From contig NZ_CP069383.1 of the NCBI RefSeq assembly GCF_017656055.1, forward strand, positions 168,314-200,313: a stretch of DNA of 32,000 nt. Direction: 5' to 3'. Within the stretch, counting starts at the first letter, position 1; every line of letters starts with the position of its first letter. Under the pieces are notes generated by a model that was given only the letters and a program-made list of their open reading frames with translations, made no database searches and was not told the DNA's origin. Source of the stretch: Candidatus Saccharimonadota bacterium. GTDB lineage: Bacteria > Pseudomonadota > Gammaproteobacteria > Enterobacterales > Enterobacteriaceae. Both the position numbers and the translations under genes were made by a program. Below are positions 21,196 through 29,903 of the stretch, one piece after another.

Positions 21196-21699
21196 TTAAT
21201 AATGTTTATTATTTTTTTTAATTTTTTTATTTATTAAAAATTTTTTTATATTAGATAAATAATCTATAAATAATATACCATTTGTATGATCTATTTCATG
21301 TTGTATGCATGATGATAATAAATTATTATTTTCTATTTTTAATATATTTATATTTCTATCTATATCCTCATATTTTACTATTATATTTTTATATCTTTTT
21401 ACTTCATAATATATATTAGGTATGGATAGACATCCTTCATAAGAATATATATTTTCATTTTTATATATTATTTCAGAATTTATCATAAAATTTTTTATAT
21501 TATTTACATCATATACAATGATATTCAAATCTATATTTACTTGTATAGCTGATAATCCTATTCCTTTATTATAATACATGGTATTAAATAACTTATTTTT
21601 TATATCTAATATAATTTTTTTATTTGTATTTTTATTTACTTTTTTAGATTTTTTTCTTAATATATTGCTTGGAAATTTTATTATTTTTAATATATTCAT
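21196..21699 (-). CDS. def: Peptide deformylase
   Basis: 167 aa. All three PDF motifs are present: 'GIGLSAIQV', 'EGCLSIP' and 'QHEIDHTNG'. Confidence 0.94.
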   Translation of the reverse strand: MNILKIIKFPSNILRKKSKKVNKNTNKKIILDIKNKLFNTMYYNKGIGLSAIQVNIDLNIIVYDVNNIKNFMINSEIIYKNENIYSYEGCLSIPNIYYEVKRYKNIIVKYEDIDRNINILKIENNNLLSSCIQHEIDHTNGILFIDYLSNIKKFLINKKIKKNNKHY

Positions 21700-21793
21700 A
21701 TAATTTTTAATTTATTTATTATAGTATATATTATAAAATAAATAAAATTAATATATAATAAAATTATAATTATTAAATTTATTGTATTTTTAT
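21700..21793. promoter_or_regulatory. Divergent def<->aroE intergenic spacer; candidate bidirectional promoter region
   Basis: At 94 nt this is the longest non-coding stretch in the window and lies between divergent genes. TATAAT hexamers occur at 21754..21759 and 21765..21770, but such hexamers occur by chance throughout this composition. No -35 box or regulator site is identifiable. Confidence 0.3.
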
Positions 21794-22627
21794 ATGAAAA
21801 AAGTTTTATTGATAGGTGAAAAATTGAATTATAGTGAATCTCCTAAAATACATAATATTATATCAAAATATATAAATTATGATTATACATATGAAAAAAT
21901 TGAATTAAAAAATATTAATTATATAAATGATTTTATAAAAAATATAAAAAATTTTAAGGATTTAATTGGTGCAAATATTACAACTCCTTTTAAAGAAGAT
22001 GTTTATAAATGTTGTAATGTAATAACAGAAAATTCTAAAATTTCTAAATCAGTTAATACTATAAAAATAGAAAATAATAAGATAAAAGGACATAATACAG
22101 ATGGTTATGGTTTATTGTATGATTTTAAAAGATTAAATTATTATAATAATAAAAAAAATGATATTCTAATAATAGGTTTAGGTGGAACATCTAGATCTAT
22201 AATACCTATTTTATATAAAAATAATTATAATATATTTTTAACAAATAGAACATTTAGTAAAATACAATATATTAAAGAATATTTTTATAAATTTAATATA
22301 AAAATAAATATTTTTGAAATAAATAATATAAAAAAAAAAGATTTTGATATAATATTAAACGCTACTTCTAGTGGAATATATAATGATGTTCCTAATATAG
22401 ATAGTAATTTAATTAATGATAAAATCAAAATATATGATTTGTATTATAATTTTAATAAAGATACCCCTTTTATTATATGGTGTAAAAAATATGGATCATT
22501 ATATAATAATGATGGTTTAGGTATGTTAGTAGCTCAAGCTGTTTATTCTAGTAATTTTTGGTTTAATTTAAATTTAAATGAAAATGATATAGATATTATA
22601 TTAAATAAATTTATAAATAAAAATTAA
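21794..22627 (+). CDS. aroE: Shikimate 5-dehydrogenase
   Basis: 'NYSESPKIHN', 'GANITTPFKE', 'NTDGYG', 'IIGLGGTSRSI' and 'NATSSG'. I prefer the ATG at 21794 over the ORF-track TTG at 21782. Confidence 0.87.
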   Translation: MKKVLLIGEKLNYSESPKIHNIISKYINYDYTYEKIELKNINYINDFIKNIKNFKDLIGANITTPFKEDVYKCCNVITENSKISKSVNTIKIENNKIKGHNTDGYGLLYDFKRLNYYNNKKNDILIIGLGGTSRSIIPILYKNNYNIFLTNRTFSKIQYIKEYFYKFNIKINIFEINNIKKKDFDIILNATSSGIYNDVPNIDSNLINDKIKIYDLYYNFNKDTPFIIWCKKYGSLYNNDGLGMLVAQAVYSSNFWFNLNLNENDIDIILNKFINKN

Positions 22628-23070
22628 TTTAAATATTTATTTATAAATTTATTAAATTTATAATCTAATTTTTTTTTTATTTTATATAGTATATTTAAAT
22701 TTTTAATTATTTTATATTTTTTAAAATATTTATAGAATAAAAAATTATATTTTTTTTTATTTTTTATAAAATTTATATCTTTATTATTAAAAAATAAAAA
22801 TATAAAAGATATTATTCCTCTAATAATTTTTGAATCACTAAATCCATACATATATATGTATTTATTTTTTTTTAATAATTTAATATGTATAGTATTATTA
22901 CATATTAAATTTTTTATGTTATTTTTATTATAATTTTTTATATTAAATTTATATAATAAATTAGATATTTTTAATAAAAATAATATTTTTTCTTCAAAAA
23001 TATTATTATTAAAATAATCATTAATTTTATTAATATTAATATTATTTTTTTTTAATGATTTTATTATCAT
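22624..23070 (-). CDS. sufE: Cysteine desulfuration (sulfur acceptor) protein SufE/CsdE family
   Basis: 148 aa, immediately after the desulfurase gene. 'EEKILFLLKISNLL' resembles E. coli SufE 'EEKYLYIIELGQRL'. The Cys in 'LICNNTIHI' aligns with 'IQGCQSQVWI'. 'GFSDSKIIRGIISFIF' resembles 'GDSDAAIVKGLIAVVF'. Confidence 0.72.
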   Translation of the reverse strand: MIIKSLKKNNININKINDYFNNNIFEEKILFLLKISNLLYKFNIKNYNKNNIKNLICNNTIHIKLLKKNKYIYMYGFSDSKIIRGIISFIFLFFNNKDINFIKNKKKYNFLFYKYFKKYKIIKNLNILYKIKKKLDYKFNKFINKYLN

Positions 23071-24245
23071 TTTTTTAAAATATGTATTATTTTATTCATA
23101 ATATCTATAAAATTATTCATTTCTTTTTTATTATTATATATTGATATTGATATTCTGCATAAACTTTTAATATTTAAAAATTTCATTAAATATAAAGAAC
23201 ACTGAGAATCAAATCTAATAAAAATATTTTTATATTCTAATATTTTTCCAATGTCATATGAATTTATTTTTTTTATATTAAATGGTATTATACCTATCCT
23301 AGAATTATTTGAACTATAATATATAATAGAATTGTTAATATTTTCTTTAATTAAATTTAAAAAATATTTTGTATTATATAATAATATTTTATTTATTAAT
23401 TTTATTCCTATTTTATTTATAAAATTTATAGATTCTCCTAATCCTATTATTCCACTATAATTTAAAGTACCTTTTTCAAATTCCCAAGGAATAATTTTTT
23501 TTATATTTATATTAATATTTTTATTTATATATAGAATACCAACACCTTCAGGACCAAACATTTTACTAGATGAAAAAACATAAAAATCACACTCCATTTT
23601 TTTTACATTTAATTTGTTATGCATAATGAATTGAGTTCCATCTACCATAAATAATAAATTTTTATTTTTTAATTTTGATAATTTTATTATATTTTCTATT
23701 GGATTTATTATTCCTAATACATTAGATATATGATTTATGGAAATAAATTTTGTTTTTTTATCTATATTATTTATAATTTCATTTATTGTTAAATTACCAT
23801 TTTTATCTATTTTTATAAATTTTATTTTTATTTTTTTTTTTTTAGATAATTTTATCCATGGAAGAATATTAGAATTATGATTTGAAATAGATATTATTAT
23901 ATTATCATCTTTTTTTAAATTTTTTTTTATTATATTTGATATTATATTTATACTATTAGTAGTATTACTTGTAAATATTATTTCTTCTATATTAGAATTT
24001 ATTAAAATAGATATTTTTTTTCTAACATCTTCAATATTTTTATTTATATTGAATCCAAATTTATTAATAAATGAATTTTTTTTTATATAAAATATTTTAT
24101 TTATATAATAATTTATTTGACTTTTTATTACATTATTTGGTTTATGTGACAAAAATGCATTATTCATATATATATATTTTTTTTTTTCACTATTTTTTAT
24201 AGATAAAAAATTTAATCTTATTTTATCTATTATTTTTTCATACAT
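23067..24245 (-). CDS. sufS: Cysteine desulfurase, group II (SufS/CsdA type)
   Basis: 392 aa. The PLP-lysine region 'FYVFSSSKMFGPEGVGILY' resembles 'FYVFSGHKLYGPTGIGILY'. 'NHNSNILPW' resembles 'HHSNIVPW'. A C-terminal Cys is retained in 'RFDSQCSLYLM'. Confidence 0.85.
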   Translation of the reverse strand: MYEKIIDKIRLNFLSIKNSEKKKYIYMNNAFLSHKPNNVIKSQINYYINKIFYIKKNSFINKFGFNINKNIEDVRKKISILINSNIEEIIFTSNTTNSINIISNIIKKNLKKDDNIIISISNHNSNILPWIKLSKKKKIKIKFIKIDKNGNLTINEIINNIDKKTKFISINHISNVLGIINPIENIIKLSKLKNKNLLFMVDGTQFIMHNKLNVKKMECDFYVFSSSKMFGPEGVGILYINKNININIKKIIPWEFEKGTLNYSGIIGLGESINFINKIGIKLINKILLYNTKYFLNLIKENINNSIIYYSSNNSRIGIIPFNIKKINSYDIGKILEYKNIFIRFDSQCSLYLMKFLNIKSLCRISISIYNNKKEMNNFIDIMNKIIHILKK

Positions 24246-24262
24246 TTATTTTTTTTTTATTT

Positions 24263-26527
24263 TTATTTTAATATAATATTATATTTTTTATTAATATTTT
24301 TTACTAAATTTATTAAAATATTATCTATTAATATTTTATTAAAATTACAATTTAATTGTATAATTATTCTTAATGTTATAATATTTTTATTATTTATTAA
24401 TTTTTCATTATCATTTATAATATAAGCTTCTATTATATTTTTATTAAAATTTATACAATATTTTATTATATCATTAGTTTCAATATTATTATCTATTATT
24501 ACAGATATATCTCTTTTAAATATTTGATATTTTGATATAACATATTTATTATTAATATTTATTTTATTTATGTTATATTTTTTTATTATATTTGATAAAT
24601 TTATTTTAAATATAATAATATTTTTTTTATTTATTTTAAAAAAATTTAATATTTTTTCATTTATATATCCATAATATCCTATATTTTTATTTTTTATTTT
24701 AATATATGAGTATACATTTGTTAATAGTATATTATTTTTTTTATTTTCTTTAAATTGATAATCAATATTATATAATTCTAATATATCTTCTATATCACCT
24801 TTTAAATGAAAAATGTTATTATTATTTACTATAAATTTGTTATTGTTTTTTATGTCATTATATATTATTCCAGATAGTATTATTTTTTTATTTATATTTT
24901 TTTTTATATAACTATAACAATTTCCTATTTCAAATATTTTAATATTGTTTAAATTTTTATTAAGATTAAATGCTAATGTTTTTATTAAACCATATACTAA
25001 ATCTTTTCTTAAAAAATAATTACTATTTAATATAAATATATTTTTTTTATTATTTGTATATTTTTTTCTATTTATTAAACTATTAGTTATAATTTCATTG
25101 TATCCTCTATTTATTAATAGATTTTTTATTATATTTATATTATTATTTTTATATTCAATATATTTTTTTGTTTTTTTATTAAAATTTATATTATTTTTTT
25201 TATTAACTTTTATTTTTTTTTTTAAATTATTTAAATTATATTTTATTATTTCTTCTATAATATCTTCTTTTATATTTAAATCTTTTTTATAACAAGGTAT
25301 ATATATATTTATAATATCATTATTAAATTTATTTATTTTTATTTTTAAATCTATATTTTGTAATATATCTATTATTTTATCTTTTTTTATTAAAAAACCT
25401 ATTTTATTATGTATATAATTTAAATTTATATTTATTATTTTTTTATTATTATATTTTTTATATTTATAAATTATAAATCTACTTATATTATTATTTATTA
25501 ATTTATATTCATTTTTTATACTTAATATTATATTAAGTATTTTATTTATTATTTTTTTAATACTTATTGTTTCATAATTATATAATATTTTTTTTTCTAT
25601 TTTTATATTTTCATTTATTTTTATAAAAATTATTAATAAATCATAGTAATTATTTTTATATATAAAATCAAAATTATTATTACCAAATATATATCTATTT
25701 TTATTATTATTTATTATAATATTTAAATTATTTTTATAATTTATATTTTTATATATATATATATTATTATTAATATTTATTTTAATTATATCTATATATA
25801 TACCTGTTTCTAATATTATATAATTTATTATATTATTTATACAATTTTTATTTAGTTCTATATTATTTTTTATTAATCTTTCTTGTATATATAATGGTGT
25901 TATATTTAATATTTTTATATTTTTTATTATTTTAAAAATATATTTATCTATGAAATTATTTTTAATTAAAAAATATATTTTTTTAGAATATTTAAAATTA
26001 CTTTTAATTATTTTATTTTTATAAATTAAATTTATTTTATTTTTATTTGTTATATTATAAAAATTTATTATTTCTTTAGATATCATATATATTGAATTTA
26101 TATACTTTTTATTGCTTGGTATATTTATATCTAGTATATAATCATTTATTTTTAATGTATTTAATTCATTTTTAAATTTTTTATTATAATTAATAATATT
26201 ATTATTTAAATAATATAGATATTTTTTATTATTATAATCTATTAATATATAATATTTTTCTAGTTCTATATTTTTATATATTATGTAATTATATTTTTCT
26301 TTTATATATATATTTTTTTTCTCAAATATAAAATTTAAATACATTATATTATTTTTTATTTTTTTATATTTTAAAATTCCATATATTAATTTGTATGTTT
26401 TTTTTTTATTTTTTATAACAATTTCATTGTTTATTTCTATTCCTATTTTTATTAATATATTTTTAATTTTAGATACACTAAAATTATAATTTATAAATTC
26501 ATTTATCCATTCTATATTTATTTTCAT
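24263..26527 (-). CDS. pheT: Phenylalanine--tRNA ligase beta subunit
   Basis: 754 aa, directly downstream of pheS. The N-terminus 'MKINIEWINEFINYNF' resembles E. coli 'MKFSELWLREWVNP'. Size is near the 795-aa E. coli protein, but the internal domains are very degenerate. Confidence 0.82.
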   Translation of the reverse strand: MKINIEWINEFINYNFSVSKIKNILIKIGIEINNEIVIKNKKKTYKLIYGILKYKKIKNNIMYLNFIFEKKNIYIKEKYNYIIYKNIELEKYYILIDYNNKKYLYYLNNNIINYNKKFKNELNTLKINDYILDINIPSNKKYINSIYMISKEIINFYNITNKNKINLIYKNKIIKSNFKYSKKIYFLIKNNFIDKYIFKIIKNIKILNITPLYIQERLIKNNIELNKNCINNIINYIILETGIYIDIIKININNNIYIYKNINYKNNLNIIINNNKNRYIFGNNNFDFIYKNNYYDLLIIFIKINENIKIEKKILYNYETISIKKIINKILNIILSIKNEYKLINNNISRFIIYKYKKYNNKKIININLNYIHNKIGFLIKKDKIIDILQNIDLKIKINKFNNDIINIYIPCYKKDLNIKEDIIEEIIKYNLNNLKKKIKVNKKNNINFNKKTKKYIEYKNNNINIIKNLLINRGYNEIITNSLINRKKYTNNKKNIFILNSNYFLRKDLVYGLIKTLAFNLNKNLNNIKIFEIGNCYSYIKKNINKKIILSGIIYNDIKNNNKFIVNNNNIFHLKGDIEDILELYNIDYQFKENKKNNILLTNVYSYIKIKNKNIGYYGYINEKILNFFKINKKNIIIFKINLSNIIKKYNINKININNKYVISKYQIFKRDISVIIDNNIETNDIIKYCINFNKNIIEAYIINDNEKLINNKNIITLRIIIQLNCNFNKILIDNILINLVKNINKKYNIILK

Positions 26528-26532
26528 TTTTT

Positions 26533-27543
26533 TTATGAATTTTTAAATTTATTTATAAATCTTATATCATTATAGTATATGTTTTTTACATCTTTTATAT
26601 TATATTTAATCATTAATAATCTTTCTATTCCTACTCCAAATGCAAAACCTCCTATTTCTTTTTTATTTTTTAAATTAGTGTTTTTAATTATATTAGAGTG
26701 TATTAAACCACATCCTAATAATTCAATCCATTTATTATTAAAAAATATATCTATTTCAAAAGAAGGTTCTGTAAAAGGAAAGTAAGAATTTCTTATTTTT
26801 AATTTCATTTTTTTATTAAATATGTAATATATAAACTCATATACTGTTTCCATTAAATTTTTTATATTAATATCCTTATTTATATTAAAAACATCTAATT
26901 GATGAAACATTTGTAAATGCGTTTTATCTTTATTATCATTTCTATATACTTTTCCATAGGAAAAGATTTTTATAGGTATATTATTATTTTTATTTAGATT
27001 TAAATATCTAATTTGAGAATTTGAAGTATGTGTTCTTAATAAATAATTTTTATTTATCCAAAATGTATTGTTTTTATTTCTAGAAATATGATCAATAGGT
27101 ATATTAAGTAAATCAAAATTATAAATATAATTTTCAATCTCATTTGTATTAAATAATATGTAATTTTTTTTATAAAAAAAATATTTTATTTTTTTTATAA
27201 TTATATTAATTGGATGTAAAGATCCAATTATATTTTTTATACTAGGTGATTTTATATTTATATTTATATTTTTTTTATTTTCTATTTTAATTATATTATT
27301 TTTTAATTTATAGAATATGTTTTTTATTTTATTTTTTATAATTGATATTAATAAATTTATTTTTTTTTTTTTATCTATACAATTTATCTTTTTTATAAAA
27401 ATATAATATATTTTTAATATATTTAAATATTTTATATTTATTTTTTTTATATATTTTATATTTTTTTTTTTTTTTATATCTTTTATAAATTTTCTTATCA
27501 AATTATTTGTTATTTTATATAATAAAGTTTTTTTTAATATCAT
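26533..27543 (-). CDS. pheS: Phenylalanine--tRNA ligase alpha subunit
   Basis: 336 aa. Class II motifs 'LRTHTSNSQIR', 'FPFTEPSFEIDI' and 'GFAFGVGIERLLMIKY'. Confidence 0.93.
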   Translation of the reverse strand: MILKKTLLYKITNNLIRKFIKDIKKKKNIKYIKKINIKYLNILKIYYIFIKKINCIDKKKKINLLISIIKNKIKNIFYKLKNNIIKIENKKNININIKSPSIKNIIGSLHPINIIIKKIKYFFYKKNYILFNTNEIENYIYNFDLLNIPIDHISRNKNNTFWINKNYLLRTHTSNSQIRYLNLNKNNNIPIKIFSYGKVYRNDNKDKTHLQMFHQLDVFNINKDINIKNLMETVYEFIYYIFNKKMKLKIRNSYFPFTEPSFEIDIFFNNKWIELLGCGLIHSNIIKNTNLKNKKEIGGFAFGVGIERLLMIKYNIKDVKNIYYNDIRFINKFKNS

Positions 27544-27549
27544 ATCATG

Positions 27550-27897
27550 TTAATTTTTTATAATTTTTATGATGTTATTTAAATAGTTTTCATTATTAAT
27601 AATATTATTACATAGTAATTTTCTATTGATTAATATATTATTTTTTTTTAATAAATAAATTAATTTACTATAATTAATATTATATTTTCTAGATGCTGCA
27701 TTTATTCTTATTATCCAATTTTTTCTAAAATTTCTTTTTTTTTTTTTTCTATCTATGTATGAATATTGGTATGATTTTATAACTGATTGTTTTGCTGTTT
27801 TAAATAATTTTGATCTAGCTCCATAATATCCCTTTGCTTCCTTTAAAATTTTTTTTCTTCTGTTTCTAGAAGAAACATTTGGTCTTGAACGTATCAT
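27550..27897 (-). CDS. rplT: 50S ribosomal protein L20
   Basis: 115 aa. 'RRKKILKEAKGYYGARSKLFKTAKQSV' and 'RKNWIIRINAASR'. Confidence 0.92.
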   Translation of the reverse strand: MIRSRPNVSSRNRRKKILKEAKGYYGARSKLFKTAKQSVIKSYQYSYIDRKKKKRNFRKNWIIRINAASRKYNINYSKLIYLLKKNNILINRKLLCNNIINNENYLNNIIKIIKN

Positions 27898-27909
27898 ATT
27901 TTTTTTATT

Positions 27910-28119
27910 TTATTTTTTTTTATAATAAGGTAAACTATTTTTAATAGATTTTATTTTAGTATTTGATAAAATATAAAATTTATTAATCATATTTCTTTTA
28001 TATTTAGATTTTTTTTTTGTTAATATATGTCTCATATTTGATTTTTTATATTTAAATAATTTATTTTTAGTAATTTTAAAACGTTTTTTTGCACTTGATA
28101 ATGTTTTTAATTTGTACAT
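27910..28119 (-). CDS. rpmI: 50S ribosomal protein L35
   Basis: 69 aa. 'MYKLKTLSSAKKRFKITKNKLFKYKKSNMRHILTKK' parallels '[36 protein letters not shown]'. Confidence 0.88.
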   Translation of the reverse strand: MYKLKTLSSAKKRFKITKNKLFKYKKSNMRHILTKKKSKYKRNMINKFYILSNTKIKSIKNSLPYYKKK

Positions 28120-28616
28120 TTTTTTTTAGGTATTAAATTTAAATTCATTTCTTTATTTACTGATATTTTAATTTTATTTTCTATTATAGCTATATTTTCA
28201 CAACTTTTACATATTTTTTTTATTATTTCAATACCTATATTCTTATGAACTATTTCCCTACCTTTAATTTTTATTGTAATTTTTACTTTATTACCTTTTT
28301 TTAAAAAAAAAATAATTTTATTTAATTTAATATTATAATCATATTCTTTTATATTTAAATTCATTTTAATTTCTTTTAAAATATTTTTATTTTTAATATT
28401 TTTAATATTTTTACTTTTATTATATATATGTTTACCATAATCTCCTATTTTATATACAGCTGGATTTAAATTAGGATTTAATAGTATTAAATCTAATTTT
28501 TTTTCCTTAGCTTTTATTATAGCTTTATTTTTGTCTATTAAACCTATTTGTTTTCCGTCAAAATCTATTAATCTTATAATTTTATTTTCAGAAATATTTT
28601 TTTTTGAAAATTTCAT
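28107..28616 (-). CDS. infC: Translation initiation factor IF-3
   Basis: 169 aa. 'IRLIDFDGKQIGLI', 'VYKIGDYGKHIYNKSK' and 'ITIKIKGREIVHKNIG' align along E. coli IF3. The start is a canonical ATG 3 nt after the thrS stop. Confidence 0.9.
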   Translation of the reverse strand: MKFSKKNISENKIIRLIDFDGKQIGLIDKNKAIIKAKEKKLDLILLNPNLNPAVYKIGDYGKHIYNKSKNIKNIKNKNILKEIKMNLNIKEYDYNIKLNKIIFFLKKGNKVKITIKIKGREIVHKNIGIEIIKKICKSCENIAIIENKIKISVNKEMNLNLIPKKKCTN

Positions 28617-28619
28617 ATA

Positions 28620-29816
28620 TTAAATTTTATTTTTTATATCTATTTTTATTTTTTTTATAAATTCTTTTATTTTTAATTTTAATATGTTTTTTGAATTTCT
28701 TTTTCTAATTGAAATATTTTTATCTATTAATTCATTTTTTCCATATATAATAATATATGGTATTTTAAGTTCTATATATTTTTTTATTTTATATTCTATT
28801 TTTTTATTATTTATATCTATTTCACATCTTATATTATTTTTTATAAAAATTTTTTTAAGATTATATACATATTTTATATATTTTTCAGATATACTTAAAA
28901 TTATTATTTGTATAGGTGAAATCCATAAAGGATATGTTCCTTGATAATGTTCAGTTATTATACCTATAAATCTTTCTATAGATCCTAATATTGCTTTATG
29001 TATTATTATAGGATATTTTTTTTCATTATTTTTATATATATATGTAGAATTAAGTCTTTTAGATGTTATAAAATCTAATTGTATTGTACCACATTGCCAT
29101 TTTCTATTTAAATAATCTTGTAAAATAAATTCTATTTTTGGACCGTAGAATGCTCCTTCACCTTTTTTAATTGTATAATTTAATTTATTTTTATTTAATA
29201 TATTAATTATTATAGATTCTGATTTATTCCATATATTTTCATCTCCTATTTTTTTTATTGGTCTGGTAGAGAAATTTATTTCTATATTTTTGAAATTAAA
29301 TATATTATATATTTCATACATTAATTTTATACATTCATTTAATTCACATTCTATATCTTTATTATCACAAAATATATGAGTATCATCTTGAGTAAAAGAT
29401 CTTGTTCTTAATAATCCATATATTGATCCTGTGTTTTCTAATCTAGTACATGTACCGAATTCTAATATTTTTATAGGTAATTCTTTATAAGAATATAAAT
29501 TGTTTTTAAAAATTTTTATATGAGCAGGACAATTCATAGGTTTTACACATAAATTTTTATTATCAATAACAAACATATTGTTTAAAAAAAAATCAATATG
29601 TCCTGATTTTGTAAATAAATTTTTACTTAGTAATATAGGTGTTTTAACTTCTATATAATTATAAAAATTTAATTTATTTCTTATTAAATTTATTAATTCA
29701 TTAAAAATTATTAATCCGTTTTTATTCCAAAATATCATTCCTATTGAATTTTTTTCTAAATGATATAGTTTTATTTTTTTATTTATTTCAATATGACTAT
29801 TATAAATATTTTTCAT
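28620..29816 (-). CDS. thrS: Threonine--tRNA ligase, catalytic core plus anticodon-binding domain only (N-terminal TGS/editing region absent)
   Basis: 398 aa from the Met at 29816. 'KLYHLEKNSIGMIFWNKNG', 'VKPMNCPAHIKIF', 'RTRSFTQDDTHIFC', 'GEGAFYGPKIEF' and 'IIHKAILGSIERFIG' align with E. coli ThrRS from about residue 242 to the C-terminus. The 35 upstream codons in the ORF track are hydrophobic filler. Confidence 0.92.
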   Translation of the reverse strand: MKNIYNSHIEINKKIKLYHLEKNSIGMIFWNKNGLIIFNELINLIRNKLNFYNYIEVKTPILLSKNLFTKSGHIDFFLNNMFVIDNKNLCVKPMNCPAHIKIFKNNLYSYKELPIKILEFGTCTRLENTGSIYGLLRTRSFTQDDTHIFCDNKDIECELNECIKLMYEIYNIFNFKNIEINFSTRPIKKIGDENIWNKSESIIINILNKNKLNYTIKKGEGAFYGPKIEFILQDYLNRKWQCGTIQLDFITSKRLNSTYIYKNNEKKYPIIIHKAILGSIERFIGIITEHYQGTYPLWISPIQIIILSISEKYIKYVYNLKKIFIKNNIRCEIDINNKKIEYKIKKYIELKIPYIIIYGKNELIDKNISIRKRNSKNILKLKIKEFIKKIKIDIKNKI

Positions 29817-29903
29817 AGTAAAATATATTATTTTTATAGTATAATAATATAATATATTATATTTTGTAAATATATTAAATAAAAAAAAAATAAATATGAA
29901 ATT
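29817..29903. promoter_or_regulatory. Divergent thrS<->ydjM intergenic spacer; candidate bidirectional promoter region
   Basis: 87-nt non-coding gap between divergent genes, almost pure A/T, with no GC island that could be a tRNA. Assigning it promoter function is inference only. Confidence 0.25.

Noticed and set aside
21782-21793. A TTG start for aroE, as in the ORF track.
   Set aside because: An in-frame ATG lies four codons downstream (21794) and gives the usual short N-terminus before the 'GxxxxHSxSPxxHN'-type motif. The difference is trivial.
21700-21793. tRNA or small RNA genes in the two long spacers (21700..21793 and 29817..29903).
   Set aside because: Both spacers are almost pure A/T, with no G/C-containing acceptor or anticodon stems. 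They are also only marginally long enough. No cloverleaf can be drawn.
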